From NCBI RefSeq assembly GCF_006345805.1, contig NC_042998.1, positions 1,178,001-1,242,000 on the forward strand: a stretch of 64,000 nucleotides of DNA. The letters are read 5' to 3'. Origin of the DNA: Octopus sinensis (taxonomy: Eukaryota). The notes beneath the pieces were generated by a model. That model was not told the origin of the DNA and ran no database searches. It saw nothing but the letters and a program-made list of their open reading frames with translations. The position numbers and the translations under genes are program-made. Below, piece after piece: positions 12,622-25,697 of this stretch (position 1 is its first letter; each line of letters begins with the position of its first letter).

Positions 12622-13877
12622 GACGCGCACGCACACACGTTTACACAACTATACATATATGTACGCACAGACACAGACGCGCATATACACACACATCCAT
12701 GCACATTGTCACTTCACATCCACAAGTACGCGCAACAAACGTTCATGTGTGCTGCGCGGATGCATTTTACGGTTTCAACCATTAATCCGACTGTTCAACC
12801 ATGCAGTCCCTCTCCCCCTCCCCCCTCTCTCTCTCTCTATATATATATATTTGTCTGTCTCTGACTCTCTCTTCTTTTCTCTTCCTTTCCGTCTGTTTCG
12901 TTTTCTGTGTGTGGTTGTGTAAGAACTGTGTCTTGAATCGGGAAGACTTCCAGTCGTTCCATCACATCTGGTGTCGACAAACGTCTTGTCAGGTTTGAGA
13001 CGGACGACCAGTTACCGTTTTTATGAGTGATTGTGTATGAGAGTGTGAAGGAATCAGCGTACACTTGAATGTATATGACAGTGTTGTTGCGCACGTATAT
13101 GTGTGTATATGTGTATGTAAGTGCTTTTCTGAGCGTGAGTGTAAATGTGTGTGGTTATCTGAGTGAAAGTCTGTTTGTGGTTTTAGGCATATCTGTGCGA
13201 TCGTGAGTAAAAACTACTTGAGTGTACGTGTGTATGTATGTATGTATGTATGTATGTATGTATGTATGCATGTATGTATATGTATGTGTGTGTTCCTGAA
13301 TAAGTGAAAGTAAATTTGTTTCTGTGTGTGTATATTTGTCAGTGTGCTTGTGTGTGTATGATCGTCTGTGTTTGTGTGTATGTTTGTCTCTCTGTGTGTC
13401 CATATGTATGGGGGTCTGTGTGTGTGTTTATATTTGTCTATGTGCTTGTGTGTGCTTGCCTGTGTGCGTGTGTGTGAGTATATTTGTTTGTGTGCTTTTG
13501 TGTGTGTGTATGTGTGTATCTATGTGTGTATCCATGTGTGTATATGTATCCATATGTGTGTGGATGTTTATGTGTATATGTTTGTGTGCTCGGGAGTGTT
13601 AGTCTGTGAGCGTGTGTGTGCATGTTTGTCTTTATGCTGGTGTGTGTGTATCCATATGTGTGTGTGTGTGTCTGTCCACGCATGTGTATGTGTCCAAGCG
13701 CGTGTATCTGTGTGAGTGTCCAAGTGTGTGAATGTGTGTGAGTGTGTGTGCATGTGTATGCTTGCAAGTATGTATGTATGTTATATGAGTGCATATCCGT
13801 TTGATTTCGTGTTTGCGTGTGTTTTCCTGAGTGCATACATGTAGCTGTGCGTGTTTTTAATCACGTGTCTATATATA

Positions 13878-14100
13878 TGAGGGGTGGGGCTGAAAAGTTC
13901 CTGGTTTTGAGTAAGAGAAAATACAGGAGGATCCCTTAATTATGATTTTATTCAACATGTTACCCTCTCAGATTCACACACTTATTGCAGCGACCCGTTA
14001 GTTTTTTTTCTAAACCTTATAAAGTAACTTAGAAGGTTGGGTCTCCAACAAGGCCTTTCGTGACACCCTTAAAGCCAGGAACTCCTCAGCACGCCCCTGT
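13878..14100. mobile_element. Mariner-derived MITE
   Basis: TIR (c)gagggg...tgaaaagttcctgg / ccaggaact...cagcacgcccct; homologous to 42247-42463 in the opposite orientation. Confidence 0.8.
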
Positions 14101-14364
14101 GTCAGGTGAGACCTAACTCCGTATCTGCGCGCGCGTGTATAATTGTTTTGTTAATGTGCCTATTCTTGTCTTGCCCCACCAAGTGAACAGATCTATCACT
14201 GAAGAACTTCCACTGTCTTCCATCTCCACCCATGCTGTTTCTTTTTATATTAATGGCAAGATTGCATGACTTATATCCACCTTCCTTTTGCTTTTTAATT
14301 CGGTAAGGTATAACTGGAAAGAAATTCACTTGCTATTTTTAGCAATCCGTGTGAAAGTATAGAG

Positions 14365-14862
14365 CAGGGTTTCTTAACGGGATCCATATGACATTTAGGG
14401 GTCCGTATTCGATTTTATCGTTAAAGTTGATGTCCAAAAAACTGGTTATACTTTTACAATACACAAAATATTTCAATGATTTTTAAAAATATAATTCCTA
14501 ATAATATTTTATGATAAAGCTATAAGATGTTTTAAGCATCGAATGGCCATGGTAAAGTCAGGTAAGATAAAGTTACCTTCTCGATTTATGCTGACTCATA
14601 AGGGCCAGTTTCCCGGTTTCATAGCATATAGATTCTCCACCTGAACGGGAGGCCAGTCCGTCGCGGGTTTACTCAATTTTGCCAGCTGAGTGGACTGAAG
14701 CAACGTTAAATGAAGTGTCTTGCTCAAGAACACAACGCGTCGTCCGGTACAGGAATCGAAACCACAATCTTACGATCATGGGTCCAACACTCTGATCGTT
14801 AAACCACGCGCTTTCATAAATGGTTATGAGGGTCCGCCCGCGTAAAATACGCATCAACTCCT
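14365..14862. mobile_element. Related hAT-type MITE interrupted by a SINE-C
   Basis: Starts cagggtttcttaac; shares atcgaatggc(c/t)atgg with the 5447 MITE; right end poorly defined. Confidence 0.45.
14553..14817 (-). mobile_element. SINE-C inserted in a hAT MITE
   Basis: tRNA-like head at right; degenerate TSD aatggccatgg/aatggttatga. Confidence 0.8.
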
Positions 14863-15429
14863 ACCTGATTACTGACATGATTGCAATGCAGAATAATCAT
14901 GTGAGTGACCAGGTCGCAGCTCGAAAATGTTGACACCAAATAAAAATTGTTTATGTGAAGTCAACAGTCTTTATTTGTTTATGAATGGTTAATATGTGTC
15001 ATTCACATTGCAACCGTTTTTGTTTCAACACATGATCTCAGATCAAATCATCTGTATGGCAAGTACACCTCCAAAGTTTGAAATACAAATGTTTAGAAAT
15101 AAGTATTTAAAAGAAAACGTTCCTTCTTTAAAAATCAATTATTAACAACTTAGAAGCTTAGAATCAGTACCACTTCCGTTACTAATAATTAATTTTTAAA
15201 TAAGCCTGCTGCTTATTTGCGACACCAGCTTCTGAAAAAATGCTGATATTCTTTATATTGTGATAGCGATATTTGACTGATGAGCTCCAAGAGACCGAAA
15301 TTACGTGATATGGAAATTCCGGCGAATTTCGTCTGCTATGATCTGCGAGTGGGCTTTTATGCACCAATGCACCCATATGAGAAGAGCTACCAAGGCACTA
15401 TTCCTTGTTTAGTTATATTAACCATACTG

Positions 15430-15662
15430 AAGGCAGCGAGCTGGCAGAAACGTTAGCGCGCCGGGGGAAATGCTTAGCGGTATTTCGTCTGTCTTTACGT
15501 TCTGAGTTCAATTTCCGCCGAGGTCGATTTTGCCTTTCATCCTTTCGGGATCGATAAATTAAGTACCAGTTTCGCACTGGGGTCGATGTAATCGACTTAA
15601 TCCCTTTGTCTGTTCTTGTTTGTCCCTTCTATGTTTAGCCCTTTTGGGGTAGTAAAGAAATA
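15430..15662 (+). mobile_element. SINE-A, A2 tail subfamily (Tx1-like tail)
   Basis: Full length; ends tttgtcccttctatgtttagcccttttggggtagtaaagaaata. Confidence 0.9.
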
Positions 15663-16207
15663 TATATACTTGTGTATTTCATGACGTCCATTCGTTAGTA
15701 TATATCTACTAAAGTTTCGGCGAATCCTTTCAGAATCCCTACCCCACCAAAACTTAGAAATTAGATGGCGTAGTCCTAGGTACCCCCAAGAAAAATACCG
15801 TTACCAAAACTCACTCACCTCATACAACCACCATCACCAGCATCGCCATGACATTCGCGTAGTTATCATCGCCGTTGTGGTCATCATCATCACCACCACC
15901 ACCAACAACAACAACAACGACAACACAATCAACATCATCATCATCATCATCATCGTTACATCTTTCTTAAGTAAAGCAAGTAAGAAATATGTGTACGTTG
16001 AAATACAAAACCGTTGTTACGCAAAGGGATATAGCTAAATCCATCACAATCCGGACAGAATGCATTAGCAACGTACTGGATAATCCAAATAATGTCACAA
16101 GAAAATCAAGGTTAAAAAAGACAAAAACCAAAAAGTGAACAGCAAATCACAGCGTTTACTCTTCGTTGTTCAAGCATTTTCTCTTTATTACTTATTTATA
16201 TATATTT

Positions 16208-16208
16208 C

Positions 16209-16241
<33 letters not shown>

Positions 16242-16270
16242 CATCATTATTATTATTATTATTATTATTA

Positions 16271-16329
<59 letters not shown>

Positions 16330-16570
16330 TATTATTATTATTATTTGTTCTCGCAGCTCAACATGGATATACACAGGAATCACAAGTAAATAGTTCCTGC
16401 AAATAATTCTTCCTTGTCATCGTTGTCATCACGATTATGATGAAGACGATAATAACAGCGACGACGACGACGACGAAGAAGAAGAAGAAGAAGAAGAAGA
16501 AGAAGAAAGAAGAAGAAGAAGAAGAAGGGGGAGGAGGAGGGGAGAAGGTGGTGGTGGTGATCGACAATGG
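16208..16570. repeat. Trinucleotide patchwork (ATT, GAC, GAA, GGA, GGT)
   Basis: Direct. Confidence 0.9.
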
Positions 16571-17747
16571 CGACGATTAATAATGATGGTAAAAATGATG
16601 ATAATCTGTTTCCTTGTTTTCCACCTCCCTTCAGTTTTTTTTCCTTCAAACTTCTTCCTCTCCCTCATTCTCATCCTCATACTCATCCTCTCTTCTCATT
16701 ATTCTTATCGTTATTGTCATCATTATGATCTCGGTCTGCCACAGCTCTAGTGGCGCCACTCTCATCATCAAACGCAATCAACATCTGAGAGACAACACTC
16801 GCGCCGCCGGTGGGCAGCGACGGAAGCTTTTTCATCAAAGTTATTGTGCCAGACAAATTTTTTCTTTTCGTGCATTCTGATTTTGTTCTTCATTTTGTTC
16901 GTATTACAGTCGTTGTTTTAATAATGTTATATATCTGCACAGACACTCACAGATATACATGTACATATGTGCTTACACAATATATGCATATATGTGTATG
17001 GATATATAAAAATTTATATATATACATACATACATACATACATATATATATGGCTTTTGTTTTTTGTAAATTCCTATATATATATATATATATATATAAT
17101 GTATGTATGTATAAACGTGTATATGAATACATATAACTGTATACGTGCATGTATATATATATGTGTGTATGTGTGTGCAGAGAAAATTATACATTTTATT
17201 TACGCATAATATATATACATATATATATATATGCATGTACTATGCTTATATGTGCATTCACACATAAACATACATATACACACGTATAGATGCATATAAT
17301 ACATACGCACATGGACATACACATGAATACATACATATTTCATACATGCAAACATGAAGTGCAGCCATTCATTTGCTCCAGACTGCCACATCACTTCACG
17401 CTTTGAAGGGGGTGCATTTGCAATCCAAGAGCAAGAGATGGCTACGAACTAAACACAATAAACAAAAGAAACAAAAGAGATAACGAAGGAGGTCGAGCGC
17501 CAAGTGCAACCTGAGATGTTGATAATGTATCATTTCTGTGAAAGATATCTCGTGGTAGTAGCTACCCAAGAATCTCAAGTTACTACGTCCTTAGCTGACG
17601 TTGTCGTTAAAAAAATATACAATGCCACCCTAAAAAATACTGTATTGCGATCAATACAAAGAATCCTCCCACTATTAAATACATATATAAACATCGACAC
17701 AGGTAATATTGGCAAAACATTCCCATCCAATCTTCTATGAAGTGTAA

Positions 17748-18064
17748 ATAGTCATATCAGCAGCACAGATGACCGCCGTTCAAGAATTTGGACCTGGAGA
17801 TCTCCATTTCCAGCGACTTCGAGGGACACCTCCTAGTGGTGTCGGGTGCAGACGAAGAGCCCTCGACTACAACAAGACGACCAAATTTTTTTTTTCTTCC
17901 TAGGTCTGGGGTCTCCCGCCCCTAAGCCCTAGACCATCGCCTAATCCCCCTTACCCGTCTTGTTGCTTAACAACAACAACAACAGCACAGATGACCTGTA
18001 TGACAGTACATACTTTTCTTGCATGTACTGTCATGGAGGCCATCTGTGCTGCTGATATGACTAT
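17748..18064. repeat. About 95-bp palindromic MITE-like hairpin, split by the insertion
   Basis: Removing the insert gives 44-bp arms (40/44) around a ttttctt loop. Confidence 0.75.
17775..17982 (+). mobile_element. 208-bp retroposed insertion with (CAA)n tail and perfect 14-bp TSD
   Basis: cagcacagatgacc at 17761-17774 and 17983-17996. Confidence 0.8.
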
Positions 18065-18715
18065 CTCTACGAAAATTAAAAAGAGACTGGATAGTTTGGA
18101 CAACTGCTTCAGATTCTATACCCAGATCATACCTTCAAGTTTATACCAATAATAATTGGTATATTTTGCTTTGTTGCCTCTGACAAATCTGGGAGAGCTA
18201 AGGTCTTCAGAAAAAGAAATCAATCAGCTAACATGCACATTACAAATGCAATCTGTAAGCGGAACAGTAAAAATATGCATGACTTTACTTAAGTTCAAAT
18301 TGTGAGACTGTTTTTGTTGTCTGCATTCCAACGACGAAGCTGTGTACCTTTGTTAGAAACACCATCTCCTTCCTTACAGGAAGGCTTCAAACAATTAAAA
18401 ATAGAAGAGAACATGTATAGATAAATGTGTGTGTATGGTGGGGGGGGGCGTATTCATAAAACTGTGCCTATTATATATATATATCCGATCGTGCCAACAC
18501 GTTTCCTGTAGCGCTGTCTATAACTATTAGTATTTCGTGGGGGAAAAAATGTTAATGTCTGCCAAGGTAAAAAAAAAGGTTGGAGGGGGGGAGAAAATAT
18601 AAGAATAGTTAAAAAGAGAAGAAATATGAATACAAAGGTTGAAATAGAAACAAAGAAAAGACAAAGGGTTAGAAGGTAGGAGGGAAAAAGACTTAAGTAG
18701 AAGACGGAAGGAATG

Positions 18716-18770
<55 letters not shown>

Positions 18771-18896
18771 CAGCAGCAGCTATATTAATCTGAGCATATT
18801 TCAATGAGTTCTGTTATTTCTGATTTTATTTTTAATATGGCTTTCTTGGCGATGGATTCGACAGAATCAGAAAAGTAGTTAACAAATCTCCTGGAG

Positions 18897-18936
<40 letters not shown>

Positions 18937-18953
18937 TATTATTATTATTATTA

Positions 18954-19118
18954 TCCTTTCTACTATAGGCACAAGGCCTGAAATTTGGAAGAGAGGGATA
19001 ATCGATTACATCGACCTCAGTGTTTTACCAGTACTTAATTTATCGACGCTGAAAGGATGAAAGGCAAAGTCGATCTCAGCGGAATTTGAACTCCCAACGT
19101 TGCGACAGGTGAAATACC
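18954..19118 (-). mobile_element. SINE-A (A1 tail) lacking its first ~48 nt
   Basis: Begins at ggtatttc directly after the A2 copy; ends gaaagga(taa)n. Confidence 0.85.
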
Positions 19119-19351
19119 TATTTCTTTACTTTCCACAAGAGGCTAAACATAAAGTGGACAAACAAGGACAGACAAAGGGATTAAGTCGATTACATCGATC
19201 CCAGTGCGTAACTGGTACTTAATTTATCGACCCCGAAAGGATGAAAGGCAAAGTCAACCTCGGCGGAATTTGAACTCAGAACGTAACGGCAGACGAAATA
19301 CCACTAAGCATTTCGTCCAGCGTGCTACCGATTTTGCCAGCTCACCGCCAT
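19119..19351 (-). mobile_element. SINE-A, A2 tail subfamily
   Basis: Full length; tail ...tagcctcttgtggaaagtaaagaaata. Confidence 0.9.
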
Positions 19352-19377
19352 AATAATGATAATGTTGATAATATTCT

Positions 19378-19540
<163 letters not shown>

Positions 19541-19723
19541 CTGTTTGACTTTTGCTTTATGTCTGTATAAGTTGGCTCCAAGTCTCACCCAGAGACCTCA
19601 AGAGACAACAGGTTAGAAGTTCTGTGCCATATATTTGGTTTTTTTTTTTTTTTGTGTTGTACTAGTAAATGTCTAATACATAAAAATAAAATTAAAAAAA
19701 TAAAAAATAAAATAAAATAAAAT

Positions 19724-19755
<32 letters not shown>

Positions 19756-20446
19756 AGAAGAAATAAAAAAAAGTTTGTTTTAAACCTTGGGATTACATAG
19801 AGAGTATTTTGCGTAGGATATGAGCAGTTCCCATGAGCACTATCTTTTGAATTTTATGCCATTTTGGGGTTTCCTGGTATCTGAGTTAGGTAGCGATTAG
19901 TCCCTTTCGCTATCATTCCCAGGGCACCTATGACAACAGGTATTGTTTTAATCTTCAGCTTCCACATTTTGCTGATTTCTATTTCAAGATCTTTATATTT
20001 GCTCAGTTTTTGGTAGGTCTTGACAGATACGTTTATATCGATTGGGACAGTCATATCAATGAGGAGGCATGTTCTTTGTCTGAAGTCTTTCAATATGATG
20101 TCTGGCCTATTTGCATCTATCTTCCTGTCAGTTTGAATGGTGAAGTTCCAGAGGAGTGAGATGTGGTCATTTTCAAGCACTGGAGGTGGATTGTGTTCCC
20201 ACCAGTTTTTTTCATGGGGCAAATCCAGGTTTTTGCAAATTACCCAGTGAATATATTGTGCAGCTCTATCATGCCTGTTGAGGTACTCTGTAGGCGCTAG
20301 AAGACTGCATTTGGAGACATGATCAATGGTTTCATTTTGTTGTCGGCATACACGACATGTTGGACTACTGCCGTTCTTTAATATGTTGGCCTGGTAGTTT
20401 CTTGTTGGTAGGCATTGATCTTGAGCTGCTATGATAAACCCCTCTG

Positions 20447-20447
<1 letters not shown>
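19541..20447 (-). mobile_element. R4/Dong-type LINE 3' fragment (CCHC, restriction-like endonuclease, 3' UTR)
   Basis: CRVCRQQNETIDH knuckle; RPDII...LIDMTVP...KLSKYKDLEIEI...PVVIGALG; both ends abut (TAA)n. Confidence 0.88.
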
Positions 20448-20517
<70 letters not shown>

Positions 20518-20527
20518 TATTATTATT

Positions 20528-20926
20528 GCCTTTGCACAGCTTCTAACGCTGGAGATGTACTGCGGTGTCAGCTGTTCACTACAATTGAACTAAGGTAACA
20601 CCTCTTATTTTTCGAGCACCTTCCAGGCAGTGCTGTTTTCTGCAAGTGCTCCACTCTTATTGCAGCCCTTATTTGTTCAACGTACTTCTCGAGATTTTTG
20701 CTCACTGTTCCCAGGGATCCGACCACAACTGCTTAGTCTGTTTTCTTTCTCAATTAAGACAATGTCCGGCTTCCTATTCTCTATCTCATGGTCGCACTGA
20801 ATCATAAAATTCCATAGGATCATTGCATTTACATTTTCGACGATGCCTTCAGGCTTGTGGTCGTACCAATTTTTTGCTCTGTCAAGTCCATACTTGTTGC
20901 AAAGTGTCCAATGGACAAACCTGGCT
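20528..20926 (-). mobile_element. Second R4/Dong-type family, 3' fragment
   Basis: Minus strand HWTLCNKY...WYDHKPE...ILWNF...RKPDIVLIEKE...VVVGSLGTVSK; ends in (AAT)n. Confidence 0.8.
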
Positions 20927-20994
20927 GTATTGTTATTATTATTGTTGTTGTTGTTGATGTTATTTTATATTACCTTTTTACTTTTAATCTGCAT

Positions 20995-21499
20995 GTTTGT
21001 TACAGTCACTCGCCGAGACACACCGAGCGTCCTGGGACGTGTGAAGGATAAGAGATGTTACAGTTTGAATGAAAGCTTGGGGCGGGGAAATGACAGGAGT
21101 AGTAGCGAACTATCTTCATGAAACACAACGCAGACATTTAAATGGATAGAGTTTTTCTAAGGATCTGGGCAGTACTTGTCAGCACATTCATCTTTTTGAT
21201 TTCTCTGAGACATGGTTCTCCTGGGATCTTATCTAGATATTTCTGACACCCCTTTTTTCTCATACCTAGGGCACCCACAATAAAAGGAACACTTCCCGCT
21301 TTATATAGCCCGTTTTGTATTTTAATTTCCAGGTCCTTATATTTACTTAATTTGTCAAGTTCCTTTTCAGATATATATTTATCAGTGGGATCGCTTACAT
21401 CTATTAATGTCTTTAATAATTATGTCAGGTCGTTTAACTTGAATTGTTCAATCAGTGTTGATTGGAAACTCCCAGAGTATAGTGACATTTTTACCTTCA
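20995..21499 (-). mobile_element. Third R4/Dong-type family, 3' fragment
   Basis: Minus strand VTILWEFPI...KRPDII...ELDKLSKYKDLEI...FIVGALG...AQILRKTLS, with stops and frameshifts. Confidence 0.75.
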
Positions 21500-21512
21500 A
21501 CGACTGGCTCGT

Positions 21513-21924
21513 ATTACTCTTTACGTTTTTACTTGTTTCAGTCATTTGACTGCGGCCATGCTGGAGCACCGCCTTTAGTCGAGCAAATCGACCCCGGGAC
21601 TTATTCTTTGTAAGCCCAGTACTTATTCTATTGGTCTCTTTTGCCGAACCACTAAGTGACGGGGACGTAAACACACCAGCATCGGTTGTCAAGCAATGCG
21701 AGGGGGGCAAACACAGACACACAAACATATACACACACACTTATATATATATACATATATACGACAGGCTTCTTTCAGTTTCCGTCTACCAAATCCACTC
21801 ACAAGGCATTGGTCGGCCCGGAGCTATAGCAGAAGACACTTTCCCAAGATGCCACGCAGTGGGACTGAGCCCGGAACCATGTGGTTGGTTAGCAAGCTAC
21901 TTACCACACAGCCACTCTTGCGCC
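21513..21924 (-). mobile_element. SINE-B, full length
   Basis: Head ggcgcaagagtggctgtgtggtaagtagc through the aagagta tail. Confidence 0.9.
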
Positions 21925-21984
21925 TATTATTATTATTATTAATTATTATTATTATTAATATTATTATTATTATTATTATTATTA

Positions 21985-22034
<50 letters not shown>

Positions 22035-22137
22035 GTTGTTGTTGTTATTATTATTTCTATTATCATTATTATTATTATTATTATCATCATCATCATCATC
22101 ATCACTATCATCATTATCCTCCTCATTATTATTTTTA

Positions 22138-22755
22138 AGACAGCGAGCTGACAGAGTCGTTAGTATGCCGGGAAAATGTTTAGCGACATTTCATCCGCCT
22201 TCACATTTTGAGTTCAAATTCCGCTGATGTTGACTTTGCTTTTCATCCTATGGAGGTCGATAAATTAAGTATTGGGTTAGATTTGATCTACTATCCCCTT
22301 CCCCCAAATTTTGGGTCTTGTGCCTACAGAAGAAACGGTTATCAACACTATTATTATTAAGGTGGTGAGCTGGCAGAATCGTTAGCACGCAAGGCGAAAT
22401 ACTAAGCGGTATTTCGTCAGTCTTCACGCTGTGAGTTCAAATTCGCCTAGCTCGACTTTGGCTTTCATCCTTCCGGGGTCGATGAAATAGGTACCAATTT
22501 AGTACCTTAGTCGATGTAATCGACTATACCCTTCCCAACAAATTTCAATCCTTGCGCCTTCAGTAGAAAGGATTAAAGGTGGCGAGCTGGCAGAATCGGA
22601 AGCGCGTCGAACAAAACGCTTAGCGATACTTCTACAGAGTATTTACGTTCTGAAGTTAAATACTGCCGAAGTGCCAGCCAAGGACTGAGATCGATATAAT
22701 CAATTAAATCCCTCTTCCATAACTTTAGGCCCTGCACCCTTAGTGGAAATTATTA
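22138..22755 (+). mobile_element. Three head-to-tail SINE-A copies (22138-22342, 22359-22575, 22576-22755)
   Basis: Three successive gcgagctggcagaa-type heads with A1 tails, each differently diverged. Confidence 0.85.
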
Positions 22756-23139
22756 TGACTTTATTACCTTATATATTTATTTATTTATTTATTTTGTGGC
22801 GTGTGGGTTTACCTTTTATCATTCCGATGTAGATGAAAATGAGCAGCAATCAAATTCTAGGTTTGACAACATTTTCTATGATCTCCTTTTTTAGTGGAGT
22901 TTTAATTATTTTAATTGATGATGATAATAGAAATCTGAACGAGTGAGTGAAGCAATCATCTAATCAAGCCTTTTCTCTTCTTCTAGAGTCTACTTTAGTC
23001 TGGCTTTGACCATGTTTATGCCCATATATGTACAGGCTTAGGCAAATTTTATTGTATTTTATTTGTTCTTTATTCTGTTGAAGTTCTTGTGAAAGTCTGG
23101 TGATCTTCCATTCATGCAAGTCTTCCCTCTCCTCAGGTA

Positions 23140-23330
23140 ATGGCAGCTTCAGTGAGACGATTGGGCGTGGCTGTGTTAACGAAACGATTGGACGAGCGAT
23201 TTGGCAAAGCTGACTGGACATTGAACGTGTTTGACGACAGAACATTTTTGAACTGGAGGCAAACACCACCACCACCCCTCACCACCACCACCCACACATG
23301 CGCGCGCGAACGCTCACACGCCCGCTTACA
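23140..23330. promoter_or_regulatory. Possible promoter-like element
   Basis: Two ATTGG/CCAAT motifs, a GGGCGTGG box and local CpG enrichment in unique sequence; no transcript evidence. Confidence 0.25.
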
Positions 23331-23779
23331 TACACACATGCAGAATGAGAGAAAGACATTACAATTTATTAATTGAACATGTTTGGAATAAGCACTTTCC
23401 CTCATTCCATACATATGAAAAGAAATATACTCACAGAGAGAAGGAGAGATCGGAGAGTGAGGGAGATGGATAGAGCATAAGAGAAACATGAAAACGTCTG
23501 ATGTCAAATAAGTCAGCGTCGAATGAACGCCACCAAATAGGAGCCTTTCCATTGATCATACTTAGCACTAGCGTCATCGCAGGCGTTCCTGTTAGAGCTC
23601 AAAGTGCCGGGACATATACCACTAGATATCTAACTTTTTTGCCAATCCACTGTCCTGGATTCAGACTGTTTTATCGACTCTCGACTCCGGAAAAATGGAA
23701 GGCAAAACCCATTGAACATGCTGAAGACGTTAACTATTCGCAACATTAGTGATTCTTTATTTACTGTTTTCCTATAATG

Positions 23780-24330
23780 GTAGCCACAGATTCCGTCTTG
23801 AACTTTAGCTGTGGGCGCATGCTATTGACAACGGTTAATGAGGAAGAAATGCATCATATATTATTCGCATCAGCCATGCATAAGGACGAATACCTTAGTA
23901 AGTTCGTCTTTTTCCGATATATTTACATTAAGTTGGGTACACAGATTGCTATTACAATTACATAAGTTGCGAAATAAAAAGTTTGGAGGTGCAATTTATC
24001 GAATAGATGTGTTCTGGTTCAATGAAGCTCTGAAGAAGAATGATTCTTCACTCATCATGATTCATGTGAAGTCATGCAAAAGAAGATAAACAGCATGAGT
24101 AAAGAGGCATAGAAGCAAAGGCAATAATTTGGCTGACGGTTATTCTTGGATGGGTAGATGTCTTTATCACATGTCAAATCAATTTTTCGCCATTGAAACT
24201 CCAAATTCTTTAGCTCAAAACACTAAAGAGAGTGATTTCTATCCTGTAGTAAAGAAGCAAATGCTTTATAAATATTCACAGGATCTCTCATCTGGAAGAT
24301 GAGAGCTGATAATCAATGTTTGAAAACTTG
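23780..24330 (+). pseudogene. Highly decayed Penelope-like RT relic
   Basis: KLGTQIA (cf. GxAMGTxxA), IYRIDVF (cf. RYIDD) and FLD in the expected order, with many stops and shifts. Confidence 0.35.
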
Positions 24331-25625
24331 GGATTTCAGTCTAAGGATCTTCTCTGTTTCATTATATATCACAATTTGAAGTCAGCTGCGTTTGCAATTA
24401 TCATTGTGAAAGTGGTGAGGTAGTAGCTTATACAACTCAGGTGGAACAAATACTAAGTATTTTTGTCCAAAAGCAACAATTTATCGGTAAGAGACATATT
24501 CAGATGATTAAAATGTGTTATAATGAGAAATAACACTGAAACAAATATTTGAAAATGGTACTAAATATCGATGAATAACACTCTGGAATCTGACAGCAAG
24601 GTGTTTACACATTAATTCTATGAAAAGAGGTGAATGGACAGACAAAGGCACTCGAAGTTTAGAAATAGAAGGGCCAAGTATCTAATATACGTTTAAACTC
24701 AGCAATTTCATTCAAAGTTGACGAATTTGAGGTGTGCAAAGAAATGAGAAAGGAAAATCTATACGAAATCTCTGAGTAGCAGAGTAATGAATTTCTAGAA
24801 TTGTCTGAGTATCGGAGAAAATGTTATGTAATATTTGTTTCATTTCTTCGTAATCCGAGTTCTAATCCCGCCTAGATCAAGTTTCCCTTTCTCACTTCTG
24901 AGTCCACTAAAGTAACATGGTGTGATCTATTTAAAGGATTAATCCCTCTCCTTAAACTTTTAACCTTATGTTTCTGTAAGAATTCCTTGTGAGACTTATT
25001 GGATTTCTACCAGGGGTTACTTAATATAATTAATTAAAGGCTTTATCACGAAGGAGAGTTATTATTTTGTTTGGGAAAATAGTTAAGATTCGTATGAAAG
25101 GTATTAACAGTTTTAATCTTTTTTTAGTTTTAAATAAAATAAAATCAAAATTAAGTTCAATAAGATCCTGGTTGAAGAAGGTGGCGAATTGGCGGAATCA
25201 ATTGTGCGTCAAACAAACTGCTCAGCAGTATTTCTATGCCTTTCATTCTTTTGGAAACGATAAAATAAGGCACCAGTCAAAACCCCTAAAACAGCTGGCC
25301 TTGAGACAAAAGTTGCAACGGTTATTTGGTGCTGTTTTGTTGTTGTCAAGCAAATATAAGCATTGTAAATATGAGGAAAATTATAATTTTACCGACGACG
25401 ATTGTCATTGATTTGGACATTTAAAGAAAAATTAGGTTTTTTGTACATATAATTAAACTTATATAACCCACTTCTGAACATAATTCAGTGTTGCTAATTT
25501 TGGGCTTCTTTGGTATCTGATTACATTATTAAAAACGGTTGTGTAGGATATCAATGCTCCTACATATGCATACCAGCGGTATATGCACGCACGCACGCAT
25601 ATACATATATATATATAATATATAT

Positions 25626-25689
<64 letters not shown>

Positions 25690-25697
25690 AATAATTA

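Noticed and set aside
16690-16870. Cadherin-like peptide GTITLMKK...LIAFDDESG on the minus strand
   Set aside because: About 60 codons between stops, no convincing splice sites, canonical cadherin motifs absent.
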